From NCBI GenBank assembly GCA_963695545.1, contig OY968796.1, forward strand, positions 896,001 to 960,000: a DNA stretch of 64,000 bases, in the 5' to 3' direction. Below are positions 28,135 through 41,181 of this stretch, in pieces. Source of the stretch: Terriglobia bacterium (lineage in GTDB: Bacteria > Acidobacteriota > Terriglobia > Acidiferrales > UBA7541). The position numbers and the translations under genes are program-made. How positions within the stretch are numbered: the first letter of the stretch is position 1; the number at the start of each line of letters is the position of its first letter. Below the pieces are notes generated by a model, which had not been told where the DNA came from, did no database searches, and saw only the letters and a program-made list of their open reading frames with translations.

Positions 28135-28165
28135 TTGATAAAATCTAACATTAGACATAATCTAA
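28135..28165 (+). promoter_or_regulatory. Candidate promoter and Fur/PerR-type operator
   Basis: TTGATA (-35-like) at 28135. Palindrome TTAGA-CATAA-TCTAA at 28151-28165, just before the fur start codon. Confidence 0.55.
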
Positions 28166-28172
28166 ATAAGCC

Positions 28173-28628
28173 ATGGACGCTGCGGCAATTAAACAGGCCT
28201 TCGACGGTAGCGGTTTGCGGTGCACGCCGCAGCGCTACGCTGTGATGGCATTCTTGATGGATCACAACAGCCATCCCACGGCTGCAGAAATCCTCGAAGC
28301 CGTGAATCGTGTGGACCCACGGTCTTCCAGGGCTACGACTTATAACAATCTGCGAGACCTTGTGCAGGCAGGTTTGGTGCGCGAAGTGGCCGTCGAGGGG
28401 CGCTCGGCGCGATTCGATGCGAAAGGCGTGCGGCATCACCACTTCATCTGCGACCGCTGCGATAATGTTGAGGACATAGAGTGGCGCGCCGTGCCCAGGC
28501 CCGGCTCGCGCTCGCTCGGTAAGCGGGTTCTTCGCGAATGCGAACTGATTTTCCGGGGACTCTGCACAAAGTGCGCGCTCCGCGACGCGCTTCCCGTTCG
28601 ACGCCGCAGGAGTGCGGATACCCGATGA
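28173..28628 (+). CDS. Fur family regulator (PerR/FurA-like)
   Basis: LRCTPQR, HPTAAEI, RATTYNNL, HHHFICDRC and CTKC motifs; directly upstream of katG. Confidence 0.92.
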   Translation: MDAAAIKQAFDGSGLRCTPQRYAVMAFLMDHNSHPTAAEILEAVNRVDPRSSRATTYNNLRDLVQAGLVREVAVEGRSARFDAKGVRHHHFICDRCDNVEDIEWRAVPRPGSRSLGKRVLRECELIFRGLCTKCALRDALPVRRRRSADTR

Positions 28629-31040
<2,412 letters not shown>

Positions 31041-31141
31041 GCTCTTCGGAAGATGCGAGCTGCCGACTTGGAACTGACCCGCGTTCCTGTTGTTCGAACC
31101 TGTGTGCATGGCAGCCAAACCTGAAGCAGGCACCAAGTAAT

Positions 31142-32701
31142 CTACCTTTTTTCAGAGGGTATGATTAGCCCTGCGACCCCAGCGCTTGCCAGGGACAGGC
31201 CCGCGCAGGCCAACATTAATATTCGGAATCCAAAAACGAACGCTTGAGAAATTGAGTTGCGGATCAGCGCTGCGGTAGCGGAATCCAAATTGGAGGGCAG
31301 GTCAAGGCCGGCGAGCTTGATCGCATTGGACCGAACATACTGAAAGACGCCTGGCGGAAACCATCCGGCGGCGAGACTGCGATTCAAACTAAAACTGAAT
31401 AATTTCACCATCACGATTCCGACGAGGGCAATGGCAAGCACCGCTGCGATCCGGGCGACGGCGTTATTCGTTCCCGATGCGGCGCCAGAACGGTCCTGAT
31501 CTACGGAGCTCATGACCACTGTGGTGAGAGGAGCCACAGTGACGGCCATTCCAATACCGAGAACGACGAACGCAGGGAAGAATCCTTTCCAATAGTTGAC
31601 CCCGACACCGGGCACGGCGAAGAGAATGAAACCGGTCGCTGCGATGAGCGGCCCGACGATCAGCGGCGCTCGGGACCCGAAACGCGTGACCAGTCCGCCT
31701 GACCACCGCGAAAGAAAAAACATCAGCAGAATGAGCGGGAGTGCGGCAGCGCCGGTGCGAGTGGTCGAATATCCCTGCACCTGGATAAAGTCCATCGGAA
31801 ACAGGAAAAAGAAGATTCCAAGCGCGGCATAAAGGAATAGTGTGAGCAGGTTTGCGCCGCTGAAACTGCGGGACTCGAACAGTGTGAGCGGAACCATCGG
31901 TGAAGCCACCGTGCCCTCCACGAATGCGAATCCAAGCAGACAGGCGAAGCCGGCAACCAGGCTTCCGATAACCAGAGGTTGAGCCCAACCGAGATTTGCG
32001 GACTCGATAAAGCCATAGACCACTCCACCCAGCCCGGCTGTGGCGAGCGAGGCTCCCAGCCAATCGATGCGTCCGGCGGCGCGTTCCCGACTTTCAGGAA
32101 TATGCCATAGCGAAATCACGATCACTGCGGCCGCAACTGGAACGTTAATGAAAAACGCCCAGCGCCAGGAAGCATGTTGAATCAGCCATCCACCCAGAAC
32201 AGGTCCGATCGCCGTGGTGATTGCGGTGAAGCCAGACCAGGTACCGATCGCTCGTCCTCGGGTTTTCTCATCGAACGATGCACTGATAATCGACAGACTG
32301 CCGGGCACGAGGAACGCGGCACCCAGGCCTTGCACGCTGCGCGCGATAACCAGCTGCTGAATGCTCGACGCAAGACCGCAAGCGATCGAAGCAGCCGCAA
32401 AAATGACCACACCAACTAAGAACATCGATCGGCGGCCTAACAAGTCTCCGAGAGAACCGCCGACCAGAATCAGGGCTCCAAGGAACAATCCGTACGACTC
32501 GACGACCCATTGCATTCCGACAACGGTTGCATGCAGATTTGATTGCAGCGCAGGTAGAGCGACGTTAACGACAGTGCTGTCGATAAACGCCATGCTGGAA
32601 CCGAGAATGGTCGCTGCGAGGATCCAACGACCGGCTTGCGGTGCGCATGGGACGTCAGCATTCCCAGATCCGACAACGGCTACGTCGCATGGCGGCTTCA
32701 T
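31142..32701 (-). CDS. MFS transporter, DHA2 (14-TM) family
   Basis: DSTVVNVALP, GGSLGDLLGRR and GPVLGG..WRWAFFINVP motifs. Start uncertain (32701 or 32743). Confidence 0.9.
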   Translation of the reverse strand: MKPPCDVAVVGSGNADVPCAPQAGRWILAATILGSSMAFIDSTVVNVALPALQSNLHATVVGMQWVVESYGLFLGALILVGGSLGDLLGRRSMFLVGVVIFAAASIACGLASSIQQLVIARSVQGLGAAFLVPGSLSIISASFDEKTRGRAIGTWSGFTAITTAIGPVLGGWLIQHASWRWAFFINVPVAAAVIVISLWHIPESRERAAGRIDWLGASLATAGLGGVVYGFIESANLGWAQPLVIGSLVAGFACLLGFAFVEGTVASPMVPLTLFESRSFSGANLLTLFLYAALGIFFFLFPMDFIQVQGYSTTRTGAAALPLILLMFFLSRWSGGLVTRFGSRAPLIVGPLIAATGFILFAVPGVGVNYWKGFFPAFVVLGIGMAVTVAPLTTVVMSSVDQDRSGAASGTNNAVARIAAVLAIALVGIVMVKLFSFSLNRSLAAGWFPPGVFQYVRSNAIKLAGLDLPSNLDSATAALIRNSISQAFVFGFRILMLACAGLSLASAGVAGLIIPSEKR

Positions 32702-33044
32702 GGTGGTTGCGGATGTATTGTCGCCCGGATTCCGCACAACCATCGAAATTGTTTAGTGTTGCCATTCAGGCGACCGTTAATCGCTAATGGGCGCGCGAAT
32801 TTGCAACGATTCCCTAGATCGGTGAAGTGGGGATTTTACCCAGGGAAGGGCTTTTGAGCAGAATCGATGCCACTTGGGGAGAAAACACCAGCCACGTATT
32901 CGTCCGATAATCCGACTAATCAGGAGTTAGACGCTTCGACGCGGTGTAGACTCTGGGGTGATCGAAGAAACAGCACGACTTGACGAGTCGTGCGCTCCGA
33001 TTCCGCTAAAGCATTTAGCTTCTTGGCAAATTGAAAGACTCAAG

Positions 33045-33464
33045 ATGAACGATCAACAAAAGAAGGAACGGGATTCTGGAGCGCGAGATCAAGAGATCCG
33101 TGCGGCGCTGGATCAGCATTGGGCAGCGTCCGATCCTAACGATTTTGAAAGCGAACACCGCATATATCACGAGGACGCGGTGCTGGACTACCCGCAGTCA
33201 GGCAAGCGAACTCGCGGTCGAAGCAACCTACAGAACCAACGCGCTAGTCAGCCGAGCAAAAAGCGGTTCACCGTCCGACAAATCATCGGCGGCGGCGATC
33301 TTTGGGTCACGGAATTGATCATCACCTATGACGGCAAGCCGTCCTACACCGTCAGCATCGTGGAGTTCACAGGCGACAAGGTTGCGCACGAAACACAATA
33401 CTATGCGGATCCACTTCCGGCTCCCGCTTGGCGCGCTCAATGGGTCGAACGGATGAACACATAA
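33045..33464 (+). CDS. NTF2/SnoaL-like protein
   Basis: YHEDAVLDYPQSG...GGGDLWVTE...VSIVEF..DKVAHETQY. Confidence 0.82.
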   Translation: MNDQQKKERDSGARDQEIRAALDQHWAASDPNDFESEHRIYHEDAVLDYPQSGKRTRGRSNLQNQRASQPSKKRFTVRQIIGGGDLWVTELIITYDGKPSYTVSIVEFTGDKVAHETQYYADPLPAPAWRAQWVERMNT

Positions 33465-33640
33465 TCTCGAGGCGCCAGAATTCGCCAACGACGCTGCCAT
33501 TTGCGGTTTGCTGCATAATTGTCGACAAGAAAGATTAACGCCGGATCCCCGCTGAATGCTGATGAACGCGGTTACCAGAGAAGTCGAACGGTATGAATTG
33601 GGGGATCGTTAAAGCACATCCTCCGATGGAGGGACAACAG

Positions 33641-34114
33641 ATGGATTGGAAACGGTTGGTCCAGTTTGCGCTACTGGGTAGCGGCGATTTGGAACAATAT
33701 GCCATCCTGCTGGTGCGCGTTTCGATCGGCGTATTCTTCGCCATCACCGGGGCAAACAAATTGTTTGTCGCCGGCAGCAAGCAAACGATGTACGAAACGC
33801 TCGTTAATGCCAAAGTCCCGTTTCCCCGCGTGATGACTTATTTCGTGTCGGGTGTCGAGTTCGTTGGCGGATTATTGCTGGCCGTGGGGTTTCTTTCGAG
33901 CCTGGCCTGCGTGGCTTTATTGGTCGATATGATTGTCGCCATCCTGACCGCCAAGCTTTCCGCCATGCCTAAAGGACTTTCGCCTCTTAACTGGCTCGAC
34001 GATTTCCTCTACCTTCCGGAAGTACTGTACGTGCTGTTTTTTATCTGGCTGATCTGCTCCGGTCCGGGAAAGCTAAGTGTCGATTACTGGCTGGCCGGCA
34101 AGTTACTGAGGTGA
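33641..34114 (+). CDS. DoxX family membrane protein
   Basis: LLVRVSIGVFF..G..KL, VEFVGGLLLAVG and GPGKLSVD motifs. Confidence 0.87.
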   Translation: MDWKRLVQFALLGSGDLEQYAILLVRVSIGVFFAITGANKLFVAGSKQTMYETLVNAKVPFPRVMTYFVSGVEFVGGLLLAVGFLSSLACVALLVDMIVAILTAKLSAMPKGLSPLNWLDDFLYLPEVLYVLFFIWLICSGPGKLSVDYWLAGKLLR

Positions 34115-34156
34115 TCGACACAAGCAGCGACATGGACTCATAGGAGGAATCGAATC

Positions 34157-34777
34157 ATGCGTTCTGACATTGTACCCGGAGGAATTTTCCCCGACTACGA
34201 ACTGCCCGATCACGCAGACACACGGCGCAAACTCAGCGAACTCCAGGGCGACGACCCGCTGATCCTCACGCTTGCGCGCGGCCACTACTGCCCGAAGGAG
34301 CATCAGCAGCATCTGGAGCTCGCCGCGTTCTACCCGAAGATCGCCGTGGCGTACACTAAGATCGCGACGATCTCGACCGACGATCACCACACGACTCAAG
34401 AGTTTCGCGCGTCGATCGGTGCCCAGTGGCCTTTCCTCTCCGACCCTGAGCGAAAAGTTCAGAAGGATCTCGACATCCAGGAGTACACCGACCCCGAACA
34501 CAATCCGATGATTCCGTACACGCTCGTGCTCAAGCCGCGCCTCGTGATCTACAGCATCTACAACGGCTATTGGTTTTGGGGCCGCCCGTCGATCGCGGAC
34601 CTCTGGCATGATCTGCGCATTGTGACGAGCGAAATCCGTCCCGACTGGGATCTGAGCACGCCTGGACTCCGCGAGGCCTGGAATGCGGGCGACTTGTCGC
34701 GCTTCCACGGCTGGGATAAGCGTGGCGCCGCGAAGGCGCCCTCTGCAGGACAGAAAGAATCGGGACAGAAAGAATAA
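34157..34777 (+). CDS. Redoxin / AhpC-TSA-like protein
   Basis: FPDYELPDH, RGHYCPKE, ISTD and WPFLSDPER thioredoxin-fold motifs; AGGAGG RBS. Confidence 0.82.
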   Translation: MRSDIVPGGIFPDYELPDHADTRRKLSELQGDDPLILTLARGHYCPKEHQQHLELAAFYPKIAVAYTKIATISTDDHHTTQEFRASIGAQWPFLSDPERKVQKDLDIQEYTDPEHNPMIPYTLVLKPRLVIYSIYNGYWFWGRPSIADLWHDLRIVTSEIRPDWDLSTPGLREAWNAGDLSRFHGWDKRGAAKAPSAGQKESGQKE

Positions 34778-34863
34778 CGATGACTTCCAGCGATGAACGC
34801 TGCGCTTGCGCCGGGCGCTTTTCTTGAGGCAGACGTAATTCCAGAATGTTGAACGGAGGAATC

Positions 34864-35616
34864 ATGAGCATCGCAACCGGCGCCTCCCCCATTCAGCCCG
34901 AACCGGGACTCCTCGGACAAACTATCGTGGTGATCGGCGGCACATCCGGCATCGGACTCGAAACGGCCCGGCGAGCGCGCGCGGAAGGAGCCAAGCTGAT
35001 TCTCGCGGCGCGAAATCCGGAGCACTTGGAAAACGCCTCCCGCGAACTCGGCCCTCTAAGCACCGCGGCGTTCGACGCCACCAACTTCGATCAACTCAAA
35101 ATCTTCTTCGACGGACTTCCGGCACCGATCGACCACGTGCTGGTCACCGGCCCCGGTCCCTACTACTCAACGCTAGCGGACCTCGACGTCGAAAAGGCGC
35201 GCCGCGACGTGGACGCCCATCTATTTCTGCCGATGCAGGTCGCTCGGTTCGCCGCCAAGAAGGTTCGCGCGGGAGGGACGTTACTGTTCATGGGCGGAAC
35301 GGGCGGTCGCGCGCCGACCGCGGGCGCAGTCATCACTGCGCTTACTGCCGCTATGCCAGCGCTCACCAAGGCGCTCGCGCTCGAGGTGGCTCCGGTCCGA
35401 GTCAATTTGATCGCCGCCGGCTTCGTGGACACTCCGCTCTCAGCGTCCCTGCTCGGCGACCAATTGGGCGCGCGGCGCGCGCAACTGCGCGCGACACTCC
35501 CGATCCGCCGCGTGGTCGGCCCAGCGGACATCGCAGCGCTCGCCGTCCACCTCATGATGAACACGGCCGTCACCGGAGCAACGTACGACATCGACGGCGG
35601 CCAGCAGCTCGTCTAG
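34864..35616 (+). CDS. Short-chain dehydrogenase/reductase family protein (atypical)
   Basis: VIGGTSGIG, VRVNLIAAGFVDTP and TGATYDIDGG motifs; no YxxxK motif. Confidence 0.85.
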   Translation: MSIATGASPIQPEPGLLGQTIVVIGGTSGIGLETARRARAEGAKLILAARNPEHLENASRELGPLSTAAFDATNFDQLKIFFDGLPAPIDHVLVTGPGPYYSTLADLDVEKARRDVDAHLFLPMQVARFAAKKVRAGGTLLFMGGTGGRAPTAGAVITALTAAMPALTKALALEVAPVRVNLIAAGFVDTPLSASLLGDQLGARRAQLRATLPIRRVVGPADIAALAVHLMMNTAVTGATYDIDGGQQLV

Positions 35617-35882
35617 GAGTGAGCCGGTGACGAACGCAACCCGTTCGGGCTGCGATAGATCCTTACAAGCGGGATTTCCGGACTGTCGGTAATCACGTCC
35701 AAACTAACCTCTCGTCTCAGCCGATACAGCAAATCATGTATCTGCCCAGCGCTCGCGCGGCGCCTGCCCTTAGAGACACTTTGTACGCGAACTCGGGCCA
35801 TTTATCGATTGAGCTCAATACATGTTCTTACGGATGCCAATCTCCATGCCGCGCGTGACACCCTCGGGAAGGGGACGCACAA

Positions 35883-37640
35883 ATGGCCTCGCGAATTCTG
35901 GTAGCAGACGACCACGAAATGGTGAGAAGGGGAATTCGCTCGCTTCTAGAGGCGCGTCACCGCGACGTCCAAGTGTTAGAGGCTGCCGATGGCAGAGAAG
36001 CGGTCGAGAAAACGATAGATTTAAAACCGGATCTGGTGATTTTGGATCTTTCCATGCCGCTACTTGACGGCCTCAGCGCCGCGAGGGAAATAAGAAAAGT
36101 GGCGGCCACTACGCCAATTCTGATCTTGACCTTCGAGAAGACCGGCGTGCTCACAGAGTTGGCGCAAAGTATCGGAGTCTGCGGGTACATCACCAAGAGC
36201 GAAGACAGCGATACCCTCCTACGGGCGATCGATGCCGCGATTGGCATCCAGACCACCGTAGATTCCGACGGAGACGACGCATACGGATCTCGAACAGCAG
36301 GGGTTCGGGAGAACCGACAAGCGTCAAGGAAAGATGATCCTTCGCGCTTGCGTGCAGAGACCGTACGAAGCCCGACGCTGCGCGTTCTCCTTCTCCACAG
36401 CGATATTGCATGCAGAAAACGGTGCCTTGAAGAACTTACGGGAGCGCAACCGCATATCGAACCCGACGTCGCTCTAACCTTCGAGCAATTCACCGAACGA
36501 CTGAATTCAATACACTACGACGTCGCTGTTGCCGAATATCCAATCCCAAGACCGTGGGGAGCGCCGACGGTGAATCTTTCACCTGGATCCCGCGGACATG
36601 TTCCGCTAATTCTTCTGACTCACCAAATGAAACGGATCATCGCGGCCGACCTGATCACGGGTGGTGCCGCCGATTGCGTTGAGATCGATGATCTCGGACA
36701 GCTTCCCATCGCGATTCGCCGAGCGCTTAAAGAAAATGCTTTGCACGGGGAGCGCAATCGGGTCGAGCAAAAACTGCAACATACTGAGGCGCACTACCGC
36801 GCTCTGACTGGGAATCTCGCATTCGGAATTTGCCGCTGCGGCATGGACGGCCAGTTTGTCGATGCGAATCCAGCGCTGGTGAGAATGCTCGGTTACTCCT
36901 CAAAAGAGGAACTCTTGAAGATGAGCCTTGCCACCGACATCATTAACGACTCGTCCGCGCGGGCGCGGCTACTGGGCGAGGTGGGCGAGAACGGTCGCGT
37001 CGATCTGCTGGAAGCCGTTTGGAGCCGGAAAAACGGAATACGACTCAGGGTTCGTCTTAGCGGTCGGGAAATCAGAGGCGCTGAAGGCCACAAAGAAGGC
37101 TACGAAATTATTGTTCAGGATGTGACCAAACAGCGCGAGCTCGAAGAGAACCTGCGGCGGCAAGCATCTCGAGACCCGCTGACTGGTCTGGCCAATTACC
37201 GCTATCTCCTTGGAGTGCTGGGCAGCGAAATTCGGCGGTTCAGCCGCACCGGCCGAGAATTCGCTCTCTTGCTGTTCGATTTGGACAGGTTGAAACAACT
37301 CAACGATCGTTACGGGCATTTGACCGGCAGCGAAGCACTCTGTCGAGTAGCCGATGTCTTAGGTGCGGGGTGTCGAAATATCGATACCGCTGCGCGTTTT
37401 GGAGGAGATGAGTTTGCGGTAGTGCTGCCTGAAACAGGGAGAGAAGCGGCCAAATTGGTCGCTCAGCGTCTGTGCGACAACTTGACGAATGACGGGAGGA
37501 ACCCCCAATTGTCTATGAGCGCGGGCGTTGCTATCTATCCCACGGATGGCGAGACGATCGAAACACTGTTGGTTGCCGCGGACAGAGAGTTGTACGGAAA
37601 AAAGTCCAAGGCTCACCAAGCGGCGCGCGTCGGGCATTGA
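35883..37640 (+). CDS. Diguanylate cyclase (REC, degenerate REC, PAS, GGDEF)
   Basis: ILVADDH...LDLSMP receiver; PAS (DANPALVRMLGYS); DPLTGLAN, DLDRLKQLND, RNID I-site and RFGGDEF. Confidence 0.9.
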   Translation: MASRILVADDHEMVRRGIRSLLEARHRDVQVLEAADGREAVEKTIDLKPDLVILDLSMPLLDGLSAAREIRKVAATTPILILTFEKTGVLTELAQSIGVCGYITKSEDSDTLLRAIDAAIGIQTTVDSDGDDAYGSRTAGVRENRQASRKDDPSRLRAETVRSPTLRVLLLHSDIACRKRCLEELTGAQPHIEPDVALTFEQFTERLNSIHYDVAVAEYPIPRPWGAPTVNLSPGSRGHVPLILLTHQMKRIIAADLITGGAADCVEIDDLGQLPIAIRRALKENALHGERNRVEQKLQHTEAHYRALTGNLAFGICRCGMDGQFVDANPALVRMLGYSSKEELLKMSLATDIINDSSARARLLGEVGENGRVDLLEAVWSRKNGIRLRVRLSGREIRGAEGHKEGYEIIVQDVTKQRELEENLRRQASRDPLTGLANYRYLLGVLGSEIRRFSRTGREFALLLFDLDRLKQLNDRYGHLTGSEALCRVADVLGAGCRNIDTAARFGGDEFAVVLPETGREAAKLVAQRLCDNLTNDGRNPQLSMSAGVAIYPTDGETIETLLVAADRELYGKKSKAHQAARVGH

Positions 37641-37984
37641 CGCAAGTTCCAATCATCGCGCCTGCGCTCGACGCTTGAGAGTCGTGGCGCATCATTAGTT
37701 CCCCGCGTCAGGCTCTGCAATACTTCCAGTTAGACAGTCAAGTTTTAGATCGGGTGTGTCACTCTGAACCAGACCGTGTCCTAAGGTAGCTGGGACCGGT
37801 TACTGCAGGAAAGTGTGTATTGAGGAGTTGCCGGCAATCATCTCTCATTAGAGGGTGGCGAGGCCCGAATTGGGGGCAGGAGTGAATGAAACGAGTCCGC
37901 GCCGGAAACACTCGTATTCCGGACCCCGACTAGTCGCAGAACTGCACTGCAAATGATGAAAGCGAATTGCTAAGTGACTCGACG

Positions 37985-38833
37985 ATGATTCTCCATCCCA
38001 TTGCTCTCGTTTGCGCTCTTGCGACGGTCTCAGTCGCTACGACCGTAGATCGCGGCGGAATCATCTCGACCATCGGCGAATTGGCCATCGACTTTTTTGA
38101 ATGGTTCGGAAACGTGACCCTGTTCTGCGGCCGGCTGCTTCGCGCAGCTTTCGCTCCGCCCTATGAATTTCGTGAGTTCTTTCACCAATTTGACGAGCTG
38201 GGTTCGAAATCTGCGCCCTTGGTGGCGCTCGCTGGCGCCGCGACTGGCGTGGTCCTTACGCTCTCAACGCGCGACAGCCTCATCCGCTTCGGCGCGAAAG
38301 GATTTCTCCCGGCCGTCGTGGTCTTCTCGATTATCAAGGAGAGCGGGCCCATCATCACGGCGCTCGTGGTAAGCGGGCGCGCGGCCGCGGGCATCGGCTC
38401 AGAACTCGCCGCAATGAAAGTCTCCGAGCAGATCGATGCGATGGAGGCGTCCGCCGTCAACCCCTACAGGTATCTGGCGGCCACGCGCATCCTGGCGTGC
38501 ATGCTGATGCTTCCGCTGCTTACACTGGTGAGCGATTTTTGCGGAATCTTCATGGGTTGGGTGGCCAACGTAGCCGCAGAACCCATATCTCTGCGCCTGT
38601 TCATTCACGATGGATTCAAAAGCGTCACGTTCAACGATTTTTTGCCTTCGACGCTTAAAACAATCATTTTCGGGCTGCTGATCGGCGTGATCGCCTGCTA
38701 CCAGGGAATGCACGCGACTGGCGGCACGGAAGGAGTTGAGCGCGCGGCAACTAGTTCCGTGGTGCTCGCCTCGCTCTTCATCATTCTCGCGGATGTGATC
38801 CTCGTCCACTTGATCCTCGTATTCTTTCCGTGA
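37985..38833 (+). CDS. mlaE: MlaE family ABC permease
   Basis: KESGPIITALVVSGR, ELAAMKVSEQIDAME and GGTEGVERAATSSVV motifs. Start uncertain. Confidence 0.88.
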   Translation: MILHPIALVCALATVSVATTVDRGGIISTIGELAIDFFEWFGNVTLFCGRLLRAAFAPPYEFREFFHQFDELGSKSAPLVALAGAATGVVLTLSTRDSLIRFGAKGFLPAVVVFSIIKESGPIITALVVSGRAAAGIGSELAAMKVSEQIDAMEASAVNPYRYLAATRILACMLMLPLLTLVSDFCGIFMGWVANVAAEPISLRLFIHDGFKSVTFNDFLPSTLKTIIFGLLIGVIACYQGMHATGGTEGVERAATSSVVLASLFIILADVILVHLILVFFP

Positions 38834-38842
38834 AAGGCGCCG

Positions 38843-39610
38843 ATGCCAAGCCAAGAGATCGAGAAAGACGACGACAAAAACTCGCGGCCGGTCCAGGTGA
38901 AGTCGCTCAGCAAATCCTTCGGCCGGCAGAAAGTGCTCAAAGGAATTGATCTGGAGGTCTGCGCCGGTCAGACACTGTCGGTTCTTGGACGCAGCGGAAC
39001 AGGAAAGAGCGTCTTGCTCAAACTGATCATCGGCTTGCAGAAGCCGGATTCCGGGACAATCTTTGTAAATGGAGAAGAGGTTACAAAACTGCCGGTGAAG
39101 GAATTGAACAAGGTCCGAAAAAAAGTCGGCTTCTTATTTCAGCAAGCAGCGCTCTACGATTCGATGACCGTCGAGGAAAACGTCGCGTTTCCGTTGCGTC
39201 GTCACACCCAGCTGTCCGACGCCGACCGCAAGAGCAAGGTTCGCGAACTCCTTGCAAGTGTCGGGATGGACGCAGACCTGCAAAAACTGCCCTCGGACAT
39301 TTCCGGCGGAATGCAAAAGCGCGTGGGCCTGGCGCGCGCCCTGGCTCTGGATCCGGAGATCCTGCTGTTCGACGAGCCCACCGCCGGCCTCGATCCGATC
39401 ACAGCGTCAGAGATCGACGAGCTGATCGTGAAATTGCAGAAAGAGCGCCATATCACCTCCGTCGTGGTGACCCACGATATCCATGGCGCGCGAACCATCT
39501 CCGATCGCCTGGCCCTGATGCGTGAGGGCCAAATTTTAATCGAAGGAACGTTTGACCACCTGCAGAAGAGCTGCGATCCCTTCGTCGTGCAGTTTCTAAA
39601 GGGATGTTAG
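38843..39610 (+). CDS. mlaF: MlaF family ABC ATP-binding protein
   Basis: GRSGTGKS, FQQAALYDSMTV, ISGGMQKRVGLAR, DEPTAGLDP and VTHD motifs. Confidence 0.9.
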   Translation: MPSQEIEKDDDKNSRPVQVKSLSKSFGRQKVLKGIDLEVCAGQTLSVLGRSGTGKSVLLKLIIGLQKPDSGTIFVNGEEVTKLPVKELNKVRKKVGFLFQQAALYDSMTVEENVAFPLRRHTQLSDADRKSKVRELLASVGMDADLQKLPSDISGGMQKRVGLARALALDPEILLFDEPTAGLDPITASEIDELIVKLQKERHITSVVVTHDIHGARTISDRLALMREGQILIEGTFDHLQKSCDPFVVQFLKGC

Positions 39611-39619
39611 GAAAAAATC

Positions 39620-40567
39620 ATGTCCACAGCCTTTCGAGTTGGGGTCTTTGTTGTTCTCGCGCTCCTGTTCCTTTCCGTCGGCGTCTTCTTGATCGGAAAT
39701 AAAGACGCACTTTTCTCCCCCACTTATGAATTGAAAGCGGAGTTCCAGAACGTCGACGGCCTCAACAATGGCGCCGAGGTTCGCGTCGGCGGAATCGACC
39801 AGGGCACTGTCACCTCGATATTTCTGCCTTCGCAACCGAACGGCAGCGTGACCGTTGTGATGAAGCTGCGCAGTTACACCCGCGATATCATCAAGAAGGA
39901 TTCGCGCGCCTCCATTAGCACCGAAGGACTCCTCGGCGACAAGTTCGTCGATATCTCCTTTGGATCGATGAAAGCTCCGGGGGTTGCGAATGATGACGTC
40001 ATTGCCAGCGATGAGCCGCAGGACATGTCTCAACAAGCTCATGCCATCGGCGACGAAGCCAGCCAGGCCATCGAGGCCTTTCGTGACGATGCAGTCGCGC
40101 TTCAGCACAATTTCTTGTTTCGCGGATTTTTCGACAAGCGGGGCTATGGCGATACGCAAGAATTGACGCAACATTCCATATCGCATCTCCCGGCTGCCAG
40201 GCCCATCAAGGAATTTGACTACGACGCGGGAGACATTTTCGACAAGCCCGACAACGCCGAGCTAAAAGACAAGAAACGGCTCGATGAAGCTGGAAACTAT
40301 CTGGAGCAGAATCCGTTCGGCCTTGCGGTTATTGCCTCGTCGGTAGCAAAAGGCGATTCAGATCAGGATCATGTGCTCACCGAAGCTCGCGCGAAGGCCG
40401 CGCGCGATTACCTTGTCCAAACCTTCAATATCGACGACAAGCGCCTGAAGACCATCGGCCTTGGCAAAACCAAGGACGCTGACGATGCCTCAAAGCTCGA
40501 CATCTTGGTTTACGCGGCAAACACTTCTACTGGGCCGGCGCAGGCGTCTTCGTCATCTGGCCCTTAG
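39620..40567 (+). CDS. MlaD/MCE protein with C-terminal OmpA-like domain
   Basis: N-terminal TM; MCE (VDGLNNGAEVRVGG, TEGLLGDKFVDI); C-terminal LTEARAKAARDYLV...IDDKRLKTIGLGK. Confidence 0.85.
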   Translation: MSTAFRVGVFVVLALLFLSVGVFLIGNKDALFSPTYELKAEFQNVDGLNNGAEVRVGGIDQGTVTSIFLPSQPNGSVTVVMKLRSYTRDIIKKDSRASISTEGLLGDKFVDISFGSMKAPGVANDDVIASDEPQDMSQQAHAIGDEASQAIEAFRDDAVALQHNFLFRGFFDKRGYGDTQELTQHSISHLPAARPIKEFDYDAGDIFDKPDNAELKDKKRLDEAGNYLEQNPFGLAVIASSVAKGDSDQDHVLTEARAKAARDYLVQTFNIDDKRLKTIGLGKTKDADDASKLDILVYAANTSTGPAQASSSSGP

Positions 40568-40770
40568 GCGAAAATCGTGTTGTTTGGGTATTTGACGTTT
40601 ATTTATCTTAATAGGCCTACAATAAACGCGTCACACTGGCATCCTTCCGCCGTCGTCCTGCTCAAAAAAGGTTCGTTGCGAAATTTAACGGCCCTTCGCG
40701 ACAAGTTGCCCATGTTCCGCACCGAGAATCCAGTCTGAATTACTTCGAATGGGTCCGTCCGAACTTCCTC

Positions 40771-41181
40771 TTATTCAGCCTGCTGCAGATCCTCTTGGCG
40801 CAAGTCAATCTGATGGGAGCCTCTCGCGTGCTGCTTGATGGTTGGAATCAGTCTGGCGGCGAGGTCAATCTTGTCCAGTAACGACAAAGCGCCAAAGGTG
40901 TCGGCGAGCGCCTTTGAATCGGCGTCGTTCCAGATGGAGATAGCGACTATTTTCGAACCAGCCAAGGACGATCTCACTTGTGACGGTTGCACGTCTTTTT
41001 CATCGCTCATGTGCAGGTCCATCACGATCACCTGGGGTCGCAGCTCGCGCGCCATCTGTATTGTTTGGAAGAAGGTAGTCGCTTCGGCGAGGAGTTGAAT
41101 TTCAGGATCGCTCACGAGGAGACGTCGAATCGCGTTGCGCACTGGTTCATTGTCGTCTGCCAAAAGCACTTTGATGGACAT
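40771..41181 (-). CDS. Single-domain response regulator
   Basis: VLLADD, IVMDLHM and LLDK motifs; no output domain. Confidence 0.8.
   Translation of the reverse strand: MSIKVLLADDNEPVRNAIRRLLVSDPEIQLLAEATTFFQTIQMARELRPQVIVMDLHMSDEKDVQPSQVRSSLAGSKIVAISIWNDADSKALADTFGALSLLDKIDLAARLIPTIKQHARGSHQIDLRQEDLQQAE

Noticed and set aside
40593..40633. AT-rich imperfect hairpin between convergent genes
   Set aside because: It may be a terminator, but the stem is weak and has no clear U-tract, so it is not supportable.
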